The position numbers were made by a program, and so were the translations under genes. Under the pieces are notes generated by a model. It searched no databases. It was given only the letters and a program-made list of their open reading frames with translations, and was not told where the DNA came from. From the NCBI GenBank assembly GCA_945878405.1, contig CAMCTJ010000001.1:70304-134303 (forward strand): a stretch of DNA of 64,000 nucleotides, in the 5' to 3' direction. Below, piece by piece: positions 38,134-48,673 of this stretch (the first letter of the stretch is position 1; the number at the start of each line of letters is the position of its first letter). Source of the DNA: Bdellovibrio sp. ZAP7 (GTDB lineage: Bacteria > Bdellovibrionota > FAC87 > UBA2466).

Positions 38134-39525
38134 ATGAGATTATTAACATTCTGTTTTCTCTTAATCGGGACTCTCTGTCAGGGCGAAATCTATCTGTCAG
38201 TAACAGGGGCTGGTGTACGAAGAGCAAAAATTGCGGTGGGGGAAATTAAAAATCTGGGCGGAGGAGGCGACACGGGTCATGCGAGTCGCATACGAAGCCA
38301 GATTATGTCCGACCTAGAATTCATAAATCTCTTTGAATTTATTCCCGACTCAGCCGCTATTGCTGCGGATAAGGAATCAGGAAGTGACATAGATTACACG
38401 AAGTGGTCACCCCTGGGAGCCACTTTTGTACTCCGAGTCGGGTATCGCCTAGAGGCAGATAGGGTTTCTTTAGAAGCTCAGTTCTTCGATATCCCTGGCC
38501 AAAAGCGTATTTTCGGACAGACCTATCAATCGGGTTCAAATAATACAACGCGAATCATTCATGAGCTTTCTGAGAATATTCTCAAAGCATTAACAGGAGA
38601 AAAAGGATTATTTAAGAGCCGGATTTTGATGGTCTGTCATGATCTTTCACAGCGGCGATCACCCGCAAAGGAAATTTACATTGCAGATTCGGATGGAAAT
38701 AACCTGCTTGCTCTAACCGCTGACAAAACACTTTCACTCAGTCCTGCCTGGATGAATGACGGGTCAAATATTTCTTATACGCAATTTGAGTTTCTGATTT
38801 CGCGCGGAGTGCGAAAGCGAGGCGCAGTTCTGAAAAAGCATAACCTGGCTACGGGAGCAAGAAGCGTACTTTATTTTAAGGACGGTATGAATAGTGGCGC
38901 TGCTTGGAGCGAGAACGGAAATCGAGGAGTGGTCACTATGAGCTTTACTGGAAAACCAGAGCTCTATTTTATTTCGCCTAATGGCTCATCTGAGCCGGAA
39001 CCCCTGAGCAGAAACTTACAGCTCAAATCGATGACCCAATCAGCTCCCCAAACAGTTAATCCGAATTTGCTGTTTGAAGTAGAGGCGAGCTGGTCCCCCA
39101 ATGGCCGAGAGCTGGTTTTCTCAAGTGCGAGAAGCGGAAGCCCCATGATTTATATTGCCGATCTGAATTCAAATCTAACCCGCCAGATCACTTTTGCCGG
39201 AAAGTACAATGCCACACCTGCATGGTCCCCTAAGGGAGATAAAATTCTCTTTGCAGCCCAACGGGCTCCCAATGGGAATTTTGATATTTATTCAATTGAA
39301 CCCAGCGGAAATAATCTTTCCAGAATTACTGTGGGAGACCAGGGAAGAAGAAGAATTAACCACGAAAATCCGTCTTGGGGACCTACAGGAAGACACTTTG
39401 CCATCGCAAGTAATGAGACGGGAAATTATGCCATTTACGTCCTTACAGACGATGGAGCACTGAAAAGAAGAATATCTCCAGAAGGAAAAGAGTGTAAAAG
39501 TCCTAAGTGGGGCCCCGCTGAATAG
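38134..39525 (+). CDS. tolB: Tol-Pal system TolB
   Basis: TolB_N region then PD40 repeats (SWSPNG, PAWSPKG, PSWGPTG). Confidence 0.9.
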   Translation: MRLLTFCFLLIGTLCQGEIYLSVTGAGVRRAKIAVGEIKNLGGGGDTGHASRIRSQIMSDLEFINLFEFIPDSAAIAADKESGSDIDYTKWSPLGATFVLRVGYRLEADRVSLEAQFFDIPGQKRIFGQTYQSGSNNTTRIIHELSENILKALTGEKGLFKSRILMVCHDLSQRRSPAKEIYIADSDGNNLLALTADKTLSLSPAWMNDGSNISYTQFEFLISRGVRKRGAVLKKHNLATGARSVLYFKDGMNSGAAWSENGNRGVVTMSFTGKPELYFISPNGSSEPEPLSRNLQLKSMTQSAPQTVNPNLLFEVEASWSPNGRELVFSSARSGSPMIYIADLNSNLTRQITFAGKYNATPAWSPKGDKILFAAQRAPNGNFDIYSIEPSGNNLSRITVGDQGRRRINHENPSWGPTGRHFAIASNETGNYAIYVLTDDGALKRRISPEGKECKSPKWGPAE

Positions 39526-39544
39526 AGGCCCCCAAGGAAAATCT

Positions 39545-40639
<1,095 letters not shown>

Positions 40640-40772
40640 TTAGTCTAAGCCAAGAGCTCGAAATATACTGAGGCATTTCAAGGCAGTCACGCGGATTTCT
40701 TGAAATACTTACAATTCTCTAGCCTAATATAATGCGTCAGGTCAAGAACACGACCAAAAGTGACAGATCTTA

Positions 40773-43037
40773 TTGAATATTTCTGGGGAAATTACCGAAA
40801 ACACTTATGGAGGATTGTGGAGTTTGGATTTCAAACCTTACAAAATGGGAAAGTACCTGCTACTAGAACGGCTTGCCACTGGCGGCATGGCCGAGGTCTA
40901 TCGAGCAAAATCTACCGGTGCAAGCGGTTTTGAAAAACACCTCGCCATCAAGAGAATCCTCCCCGATCACCTTGAAGACGATACTTTCCGCAGAATGTTT
41001 GAAACAGAGGCTCGAATTGGTAGCAGTCTCCAACATTCTAACATTGTTCAGATCCTAGATTTCGTAAAATTTGGGGAAACTTTTCTGCTCGTTATGGAGT
41101 TTGTAAACGGAAAGAACCTCAGACAGGTCGTCAATAAGTTGAAGAAACTGCAGTACTCTCTGCCTATTGAATGCACGCTCTTTATTATTAATGAAACCTG
41201 TAAGGGCTTAGATTATGCCCACAGCAAAAAAGATGATTTCACAGGACAGCCTCAAAATATCATTCATCGAGACATGTCTCCGCAAAACATCATGTTGTCC
41301 TATGATGGGTCGGTTAAAATCGTAGACTTTGGAATTGCTAATTGGAAAGACAAGCTAGAACAAACTAAGTCTGGAGTGATCAAAGGAAAATTTGGTTATA
41401 TGTCCCCTGAGCAAGCAGCTGGGGAACCCATTGCCCATCTCACAGACCTGTTTTCTACAGGAATTATTTTTTGGGAACTTCTCGCTGGAAAAAGATTATT
41501 TACAGCAGAGAGTGACCTATCCACCCTTCGACTGATTCAAGATTGCGTTGTTCCTCGCCCCTCTCAATTTAATCCGAAAGTGACTCCCGATTTGGAGCGA
41601 ATCGTAATGAAGTCGCTCTCCAAAAATAGCACGCAACGCTACCAATCGGCTGGAGCGATGCAACGCCAGATTCAGGAGCACTTGAATAAGCACTATCCGG
41701 GCTTTCGAGAAAATGAGCTGGCAAATATGATGCAGCGACTTTTCAAAGATGAAATTACAACTGAGAAAAAACGTATTGAGGTTTTAACTCGCCAATCAGT
41801 ACCGTTTTCACAAGGCAATTCAGAAGCTCCAGAATTGGCGGCTAATGAATTTGAGATAGACAATTCAATTGGCGAGGGGTCCATCACAGCATCAGATCAG
41901 GACCGAGTAAGCCACGTTACTTTTATCGATCAAGACAGCGTCCCTTCGGCGGTAGTTCGACTGGATGATGTTGATTCTAAAACAAAAGAAACTCATCCCC
42001 CACTTGAATCGAAGTCTCAATCCACCGCAAAAAACACTCTTTCAGATACAAATCCCGAAGGAGACATCGATGTTCCCGAGACAATAGCGAAAACCATCGT
42101 TGCGCGACCAGCGACTCCGGCCCCAAGCCCACCTTCCCCAACTAGAGTGACCCAATCGAAGTCTTCAACTCTACAGAAAATCGTAGAGAAAAGAGTCGAG
42201 ACAAATAAGCTTGATGAGTCAAAAGATGTCAGTCTTATTACGACACCGGGTGGAATTAAGCTGGATACACATTCGATTACCAATCAAGACATCTCGAAAG
42301 ATACTTGGGGTTCAATAAATTCAGACGCGCAGAAGCTAAACCAAGATGATGATCTCCCTCAAGGGCGAGTTTCAGGCCTCGCAAAAGTCGTTGCGGCCTC
42401 GGGGCTGATTGCAGTAACGGCCTATCTTTACCATATGCTCTTATCAGGACAGACAGTCATTCCGGTAAAAATCGAAACACAAGATCCAAGACTGATTGGT
42501 TCTTGTGATCCGGCGAAAAATCCCAACTGTTCCGTAAAGGCCACAAAGTCGACGGTTCCTGCTGCAGTCAATCCGCAAGTCATCAACAACTGTGAACTAC
42601 GATTTGAAACCGATCCGCCAGGGGCTATCGTCATCATTGACGGTGTTGAAAAGCTTGCGACACCCGGAACCGCTCTGGTTCCTTGCGACACTTCCATCAA
42701 CTATTCAGTCCGTCTAAAAGACCACGAGACAGTTGCTGAAAATGTTTTGGTTAAAAGCAAAATGCGGCCCATTTCTAGAACCTTGAAGAAAGTTGAACTG
42801 GGTGACTTAGTTATTGTTACCAATCGACGAGTAAAAGTCTTTAGCGATACCGAACAATTAGGGGAAACAGAACCAGGCAAACCATTTAGAGTTGAAAGAC
42901 TGCCCGCCAATCGCACTTATAATATCCATTTTGTGAATGAAATTTTTGGTATCGATGATAACCGACCCCTCGAAGTCAAGCCGGGGGTCAGTAATCTCTA
43001 CGAAATTCGCCTCGATGACAAACCAGACAAACGCTAG
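40773..43037 (+). CDS. membrane Ser/Thr protein kinase with extracytoplasmic PEGA-like domain
   Basis: GGMAEVY, AIKR, HRDMSPQN, DFG, KGKFGYMSPEQ, TM, ETDPPGA; true start probably TTG 40824 or ATG 40845. Confidence 0.92.
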   Translation: MNISGEITENTYGGLWSLDFKPYKMGKYLLLERLATGGMAEVYRAKSTGASGFEKHLAIKRILPDHLEDDTFRRMFETEARIGSSLQHSNIVQILDFVKFGETFLLVMEFVNGKNLRQVVNKLKKLQYSLPIECTLFIINETCKGLDYAHSKKDDFTGQPQNIIHRDMSPQNIMLSYDGSVKIVDFGIANWKDKLEQTKSGVIKGKFGYMSPEQAAGEPIAHLTDLFSTGIIFWELLAGKRLFTAESDLSTLRLIQDCVVPRPSQFNPKVTPDLERIVMKSLSKNSTQRYQSAGAMQRQIQEHLNKHYPGFRENELANMMQRLFKDEITTEKKRIEVLTRQSVPFSQGNSEAPELAANEFEIDNSIGEGSITASDQDRVSHVTFIDQDSVPSAVVRLDDVDSKTKETHPPLESKSQSTAKNTLSDTNPEGDIDVPETIAKTIVARPATPAPSPPSPTRVTQSKSSTLQKIVEKRVETNKLDESKDVSLITTPGGIKLDTHSITNQDISKDTWGSINSDAQKLNQDDDLPQGRVSGLAKVVAASGLIAVTAYLYHMLLSGQTVIPVKIETQDPRLIGSCDPAKNPNCSVKATKSTVPAAVNPQVINNCELRFETDPPGAIVIIDGVEKLATPGTALVPCDTSINYSVRLKDHETVAENVLVKSKMRPISRTLKKVELGDLVIVTNRRVKVFSDTEQLGETEPGKPFRVERLPANRTYNIHFVNEIFGIDDNRPLEVKPGVSNLYEIRLDDKPDKR

Positions 43038-43040
43038 CCG

Positions 43041-43589
43041 TTAGACAGACTTCCACCACACGCTTACCCATTGATAAATCGATTCGAGAGCCTCTTTTTC
43101 TACGTGCTTGTCGATGAGAAGGGGGCGGTGATGGTTTGGATACACCACGACTCTCCAATGGCCTCGGATGAAATATTGGGGATCATCATGAAATTGGGGA
43201 GCTAGATTGGGCGCAGGCTTTTGATTCAAAAGAACGACTTCCTTAACATCCTCTCGATTCACTTTTCTCAGGACTAAGGGATACCCAAAACAAAAATAAC
43301 CCGTTTGTAATTGGGTACCAGCGACCCGAATAAAGCGGCGAAGAGCAGCCATCTTAAAGCCGACAGCCCCAAATAACAAAATAACCAGGGCAAGAATTCC
43401 CAAAATAAGCAAATCCCAAACCGTACCGGCACTGAGAAGGTCCCCCAAAACCTGATAGGCAGCAGCCATCATGCAGCCAACGGCAAAAACAGCAATTGCA
43501 TAAAGAATCCAATAGGTCTTAGGCGGCGGAACTTCTCTAAATTCCTCACGCTTTGTTGGCTCGGGGACAAGCTCTAAATAAAAACCCAT
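43041..43589 (-). CDS. hypothetical membrane protein
   Basis: Two hydrophobic helices; fills the gap cleanly. Confidence 0.65.
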   Translation of the reverse strand: MGFYLELVPEPTKREEFREVPPPKTYWILYAIAVFAVGCMMAAAYQVLGDLLSAGTVWDLLILGILALVILLFGAVGFKMAALRRFIRVAGTQLQTGYFCFGYPLVLRKVNREDVKEVVLLNQKPAPNLAPQFHDDPQYFIRGHWRVVVYPNHHRPLLIDKHVEKEALESIYQWVSVWWKSV

Positions 43590-43667
43590 GTTGTTCTTTT
43601 ACATTCCCTTCGTTGAAAATCAAGGGGGGTGGTCATATAAACCCGACAGTGCTACATTGCGGCTCCT

Positions 43668-44876
43668 ATGAAACTGACCGATTCCCTCATTGAAAAAGCT
43701 GAAACCTTTGGTGCCCATAATTACCATCCCCTCCCCCTAGTGCTTCGGCGGGGTGATGGAGCCAAAGTGGCTGACGTTGAAGGCAAAGAGTACATTGATT
43801 TTTTATCCTGTTATTCAGCCCTCAACTTTGGCCATCAACACCCGAGAATCGTTCAAGCACTGCTAAATCAGCTACAAAAATTAGCGGTTTGCTCTCGAGC
43901 TTTTTATGCAGAAGAGTTTGGCTATTTTTCAGAAGAACTGGCTAAATTTGTTGGCTTAGAAATGGTTCTTGCGATGAACAGCGGGGCTGAAGCTTGCGAA
44001 ACTGCGATTAAAATTGCTCGAAAGTGGGGTTACGAGAAAAAAGGGGTCGATGCGGATCAGGCCAATATTATTTGTGTTGAAAATAATTTTCATGGAAGAA
44101 CGGTGACCATCGTTTCCTTTTCTACAGATCCCGCTTATCGAGATGGATTTGGTCCCTTTACTCCGGGTTTCAAAATAGTTCCTTTCGATAATGCCGATGC
44201 CATCGAGAATGCTATCGATAAGAATACTGTGGGGGTTTTTGTTGAACCGATCCAAGCGGAAGCAGGTATTCTATTACCTAAGTCCGGATACCTAAAAGAT
44301 CTGAGAAGGATTTGCGATAAGTATGAAGTTCTACTGATGGTCGATGAAATCCAGACCGGTCTGGGGCGAACGGGCGCAGATTTTTGTTTTCAACACGAAA
44401 ACATACAGCCCGATCTATTGATTCTGGGCAAATCTTTGGGTGGGGGACTTCTTCCTATTTCAGCTGTTGTGGGAAGAACCTCTGTTATGGAGGTCATAAA
44501 ACCTGGCCAACATGGTTCGACCTTTGGAGGAAATCCGCTCGCGTGTTCCGTCGCGAGAGCCTCGTTGAAAGTTCTTAAAGATGAAGACCTCTCCAAGCGC
44601 TCCCTTGAGCTGGGAAATGAAGTTCTAAAAAAGTTAATGAAGATTTCTTCTCCTTTAATCAAAGAAATCCGGGGAAAAGGTCTCTTGATTGGAATCGAGC
44701 TCGAACCGTCGGCAGGCGGAGCCCGAAAATACTGTGAGATTCTGGCTCAACAAGGGGTCCTGTGTAAGGAAACCCACGATCATGTTATTCGAATAGCTCC
44801 CCCTTTAAATATTGAACCTTCCTTGCTGGATCAGGGAATAAATTCGGTTATTTCCGTGCTTTCAAAGGGCCTCTAG
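43668..44876 (+). CDS. rocD: ornithine-oxo-acid transaminase
   Basis: AHNYHPLP, MNSGAEA, EPIQAEAG, DEIQTGLGRTG, GKSLGGG, HGSTFGGNP. Confidence 0.93.
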   Translation: MKLTDSLIEKAETFGAHNYHPLPLVLRRGDGAKVADVEGKEYIDFLSCYSALNFGHQHPRIVQALLNQLQKLAVCSRAFYAEEFGYFSEELAKFVGLEMVLAMNSGAEACETAIKIARKWGYEKKGVDADQANIICVENNFHGRTVTIVSFSTDPAYRDGFGPFTPGFKIVPFDNADAIENAIDKNTVGVFVEPIQAEAGILLPKSGYLKDLRRICDKYEVLLMVDEIQTGLGRTGADFCFQHENIQPDLLILGKSLGGGLLPISAVVGRTSVMEVIKPGQHGSTFGGNPLACSVARASLKVLKDEDLSKRSLELGNEVLKKLMKISSPLIKEIRGKGLLIGIELEPSAGGARKYCEILAQQGVLCKETHDHVIRIAPPLNIEPSLLDQGINSVISVLSKGL

Positions 44877-44909
44877 ATACCCGTTCGGCCCTGTGGTACA
44901 ACCCCCGGC

Positions 44910-45029
44910 ATGAAAAGGTTCCGGGTCGTACTATTAAGCCTCTGTTTTAGTTTGCTTTGTGGCTGTGGTGTAAAAGGAGATCCGACTCCCTACGTTGACC
45001 CAATTAAAGAAACTCAGAAAAGAAAGTAA
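44910..45029 (+). CDS. small lipoprotein, LptM/YifL-like (39 aa)
   Basis: MKRFRVVLLSLCFSLLCGCGVKGDPTPYVDPIKETQKRK*; lipobox plus CGxKG; immediately upstream of dapF; below ORF-track cutoff. Confidence 0.75.
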   Translation: MKRFRVVLLSLCFSLLCGCGVKGDPTPYVDPIKETQKRK

Positions 45030-45031
45030 GC

Positions 45032-45898
45032 ATGGAATTTAATTTCATTAAAATGCAGGGATGCGGAAATGATTTTTTGTTTATGGATTCGATGCAAAGT
45101 GAACCGAGTCCATTTTACCCAAGAGAAATTTCCTGGCTATGCGATAGAAATTATGGAGTAGGTGCTGATGGGTTAGTGGTTCTAACGAAATCAGAAAAAT
45201 ATCACGCGAAATGGATTTTCTATAATTCGGACGGCAGCCAAGCTGAAATGTGTGGCAACGCTGCTCGATGTGCCATTCGATATTTAACAGAAACCTATTT
45301 TCCTAATGATGTACCCATCTGTATTGAAACAAAAGCTGGCGTGATCAAAGGCCAAATGAAGGGCCCGGGATTAGTGGAAGTAACTCTAACACCCAAAAGC
45401 TACGAGCGATTTGAATACGAACAAAAAGTAGTCGCAACAGATAAATACAGTGTTGAAGTAAGTTTGATCAATACCGGCGTGCCCCATGCCGTAGTAGAGG
45501 TGAAGGACCTTAACAGTTATCCTATTTGGCAAGTTGGAAAAGATCTGCGAAGCCATCCTGCGATGGGTCCTGAAGGAGCGAACGTTACTTTTTTTGAGCG
45601 GTTGGTAGGTCCGAGAATTAAGGCAACCACTTTTGAAAGAGGGGTAGAAGGCGAAACACTCGCTTGCGGGACAGGTGCAGCCGCTGCCGCAATTATTTAT
45701 TCCGAAACTTATCTCCAGCCACTTCCGATTGAAGTGATCGTACCGGGTGGAGAACTTGTTGTGGATATCAGTCCAGTCTCTAAGATGTTGCTGCTTCAAG
45801 GTCCAGCGAACTACTGTTTCACAGTCAACATTCCAGAAATAATGACGGGCTTTGAAAAAGTTTTTACTTACAGCCAAGGCAAAAGGCCGAGTGTATGA
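45032..45898 (+). CDS. dapF: diaminopimelate epimerase
   Basis: KMQGCGNDF, EMCGNAARC, TGVPH, ERGVEGETLACGTG. Confidence 0.95.
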   Translation: MEFNFIKMQGCGNDFLFMDSMQSEPSPFYPREISWLCDRNYGVGADGLVVLTKSEKYHAKWIFYNSDGSQAEMCGNAARCAIRYLTETYFPNDVPICIETKAGVIKGQMKGPGLVEVTLTPKSYERFEYEQKVVATDKYSVEVSLINTGVPHAVVEVKDLNSYPIWQVGKDLRSHPAMGPEGANVTFFERLVGPRIKATTFERGVEGETLACGTGAAAAAIIYSETYLQPLPIEVIVPGGELVVDISPVSKMLLLQGPANYCFTVNIPEIMTGFEKVFTYSQGKRPSV

Positions 45899-46782
45899 AC
45901 TTTCAGGGTGTTTGGGTCGCAACGACCACCTTTTTTAATCAGGCGGGGGCTGTCGATCTAGGCTCTTTTGAAAAACACTGCTCGTGGCTATTGGATTCTG
46001 GAGTAGAGGGCTTGGTTCCCTGTGGAACTACAGGTGAAGGCCCTACTCTGTATGCAGAGGAGAGAAAGCTTCTCATTCAGACGGCGGTTAGACTTGCTTC
46101 AAATAAAAAGAAAGAGGTCATAGCTGGTTGTGGAGGAAATAATACCGACTCTGTTTTGAAACTGATTCTCGAGGCAAAAGATTTAGGAGCCCATGCGGCT
46201 CTAGTTGTGACCCCCTACTATAATCGGCCCACGCAAGAAGGGCTCGTCGCTCATTATCAGTACCTTGCAGATAAAAGCCCGATTCCCCTGGTTCTCTACA
46301 ACGTGCCTTCTCGAACCGGAGTAAACCTGCTTCCCGAAACGGTTTCTCGTCTTTGGCAACACCCCAACATCAAAGGATTAAAAGAGGCCACTGGCCTTCA
46401 TAGTCAGTGGCTTTCTTTGTTTGCCTCTCCTCTGCCCGAGGGAAAATCTATTTTAGCGGGTGATGATGATGCTTTTGCGACTTTGTTTTCTTTAGGTGCG
46501 AACGGGATTATCTCTGCTTCTGCTAATATTATTCCCGCACAGTTTGTTCAGCTCGATTCCCTTTTGAGGTCGGGGAAGTTTCAAGAGGCCTTTATACTTC
46601 AGAAAAAGTTATCCCCTTTGATAAAAACACTTTTTGCGGAAACCAATCCCGCCCCCCTCAAATTCGCTTTAGAAAAGATGGGGCGCGGCCTAAATCAGCT
46701 TCGCCTTCCGTTGGTTCCTGTTCAAAAGGAAACCCAAGAAAAGATTTATCAACAACTCTTGAGCTTGGAGTTGGTCTCGTGA
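45895..46782 (+). CDS. dapA: 4-hydroxy-tetrahydrodipicolinate synthase
   Basis: GTTGE, PYYN, LYNVPSRT, KEA. Confidence 0.95.
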   Translation: MNFQGVWVATTTFFNQAGAVDLGSFEKHCSWLLDSGVEGLVPCGTTGEGPTLYAEERKLLIQTAVRLASNKKKEVIAGCGGNNTDSVLKLILEAKDLGAHAALVVTPYYNRPTQEGLVAHYQYLADKSPIPLVLYNVPSRTGVNLLPETVSRLWQHPNIKGLKEATGLHSQWLSLFASPLPEGKSILAGDDDAFATLFSLGANGIISASANIIPAQFVQLDSLLRSGKFQEAFILQKKLSPLIKTLFAETNPAPLKFALEKMGRGLNQLRLPLVPVQKETQEKIYQQLLSLELVS

Positions 46783-47498
46783 TCTATAAGGTCGGACTTC
46801 TTGGAGCCACTGGCCGAATGGGACAAGAGCTTGCCTGTCTGTTAGAGCCGGGATTTGTGTTAGGGGAAGATAGACTCGAGTTCTGCGATGCTATTGCGAA
46901 TAAGCGCACTGTTCTTTCGCTAGAAACTATTCCTGTAAGGCAGTTATCTGATCCTGCTAGAGAACCTGTTCATGTGTGGATTGACTTTAGCCGTCCAGAG
47001 GCCACGCTTGAGCTCCTTGAGAAGATCCAAGAACCGATAGTTATTGGCACAACAGGATTTACCCCATCTCAAATTGAAAAAATAAAAACCTACTCAGGAA
47101 AACATCCCGTTCTGATGACGTCTAATACAAGCCCGGGAATGAATCTCATGATGAAAATGCTGGAGCACTCTTCAGTAGCAGCAGTATTGGGATACGACGT
47201 ACTCGCTTCTGAAATTCACCACAGAGGAAAAAAGGACTCGCCGAGTGGAACGATGAAATCCCTTCTGCAGATTCTGCAGGCACAGGGAAATAAAAATATT
47301 CAAGTGCAATCGGCACGAGCAGGAGACGAAAAGGGAACCCACACCATTTCTTTCTTTTCAGAAGACGAAGAACTCACCCTCACCCATCGAGTGAATCACC
47401 GAAGAGTTTTTGCTAAAGGGGCTTTAATTGCAGCCAAATTCATTGCGGGTCAAAAAAGACCAGGGCTTTATTCTTTTCAAGACATGGAGAAATTATGA
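46779..47498 (+). CDS. dapB: 4-hydroxy-tetrahydrodipicolinate reductase
   Basis: GATGRMG, IDFS, IGTTG, EIHHRGKKDSPSGT. Confidence 0.92.
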   Translation: MIYKVGLLGATGRMGQELACLLEPGFVLGEDRLEFCDAIANKRTVLSLETIPVRQLSDPAREPVHVWIDFSRPEATLELLEKIQEPIVIGTTGFTPSQIEKIKTYSGKHPVLMTSNTSPGMNLMMKMLEHSSVAAVLGYDVLASEIHHRGKKDSPSGTMKSLLQILQAQGNKNIQVQSARAGDEKGTHTISFFSEDEELTLTHRVNHRRVFAKGALIAAKFIAGQKRPGLYSFQDMEKL

Positions 47499-48673
47499 AT
47501 GGATTTCAGCAATCTCAACGTCTATTGAGTCTTCCTCCTTATATTTTTAGCGAAATTAATAATATTAAAGCAGAGGCCCAGAAGCGGGGTGTGGATTTAC
47601 TGAGCCTTGCTATTGGAGATCCCGATCAGCCGACTCCAGAGCCAATCATTCGCGAGTTACAAAAGGCCTCCGCGGAGCCTCTTAATCATGCTTATTCCCC
47701 CTATGAGGGAACACTTTCTTTTCGGACTGAAGTTGCGAAATGGTTTCAAGGCCGATTTGGGGTTCAGTTAAATCCTGAAAATGAAGTGCTTGCACTCATT
47801 GGATCCAAAGAAGGAATTGCCCATTTTCCTTTGGCCTTTGTAAATCCTGGGGACAAGTGTCTTTACCCCTCTCCTGGCTACCCCATTTTTTCAACCGCGA
47901 TCCAATTAGCGGGTGGAATTCCCATTCCCCTTCCTCATCGTTGGGAGAATCAGTTCCAACCTGACTTAAACGAGTTGGAAACTCTTCTTCTCATTCATCA
48001 ACCCAAATACATTTTGGTCAATTTTCCATGCAACCCTACTTCCGCGACTTGCTCCAGAGAAGTCATGACGGAAATGGTGGCTTTGGCCCGAAAACACCGA
48101 ACGATACTCGTTTCAGATAATGCCTACAGCGAAATGTATTTTGACAAAAAAGATAAGCCACTGAGCCTTTTGGAAATTCCGGGCGCCAAGGAAGTAGCCA
48201 TTGAGTTTCACTCGCTTTCAAAAACATTCAACATGACGGGCTGGAGAATTGCTTTTGCGGTAGGAAATCCGGAGTTAATTGCAGGCCTTCTCAGAGTAAA
48301 AACAAATATTGATTCGGGCCCCCTTCTTGCGGTTCAAAAAGCTTCAGAATTTGCACTGGCAAACGCTGAGCCCCTAATTGAGCCGATCCGAAAGCTTTAT
48401 TTTGAACGACGCGAAATCGTCCTGAACGAAATGAACCGGATGGGCATTGAAACTTTTTATCCGAAAGCAACTTTTTTTGTCTGGGCAAAAGTGCCAGGAA
48501 AAGAATTGTCGATGGATTTTGCGAAGCGCCTCATTGCAAATCAGGGACTGGTAGTCACACCAGGGATCGGCTTTGGAAAAGAGGGAGAAGGCTTTTTCAG
48601 ACTCGCTCTTACCGTTCCGACTGCCCAGCTGAAAGAAGCTATGATCCGACTAGAAAAGGCTTTAAAAAGTTAA
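47495..48673 (+). CDS. dapL: LL-diaminopimelate aminotransferase (class I PLP)
   Basis: LPPYIF, GSKEGIAH, SLSKTFNMTGWR; last gene of the dap operon. Confidence 0.8.
   Translation: MNGFQQSQRLLSLPPYIFSEINNIKAEAQKRGVDLLSLAIGDPDQPTPEPIIRELQKASAEPLNHAYSPYEGTLSFRTEVAKWFQGRFGVQLNPENEVLALIGSKEGIAHFPLAFVNPGDKCLYPSPGYPIFSTAIQLAGGIPIPLPHRWENQFQPDLNELETLLLIHQPKYILVNFPCNPTSATCSREVMTEMVALARKHRTILVSDNAYSEMYFDKKDKPLSLLEIPGAKEVAIEFHSLSKTFNMTGWRIAFAVGNPELIAGLLRVKTNIDSGPLLAVQKASEFALANAEPLIEPIRKLYFERREIVLNEMNRMGIETFYPKATFFVWAKVPGKELSMDFAKRLIANQGLVVTPGIGFGKEGEGFFRLALTVPTAQLKEAMIRLEKALKS

Noticed and set aside
40675..40706. ATTTCAAG-N16-CTTGAAAT inverted repeat between mreB and the kinase
   Set aside because: A single AT-rich 8-bp repeat; could be an operator but has no second instance or other support.
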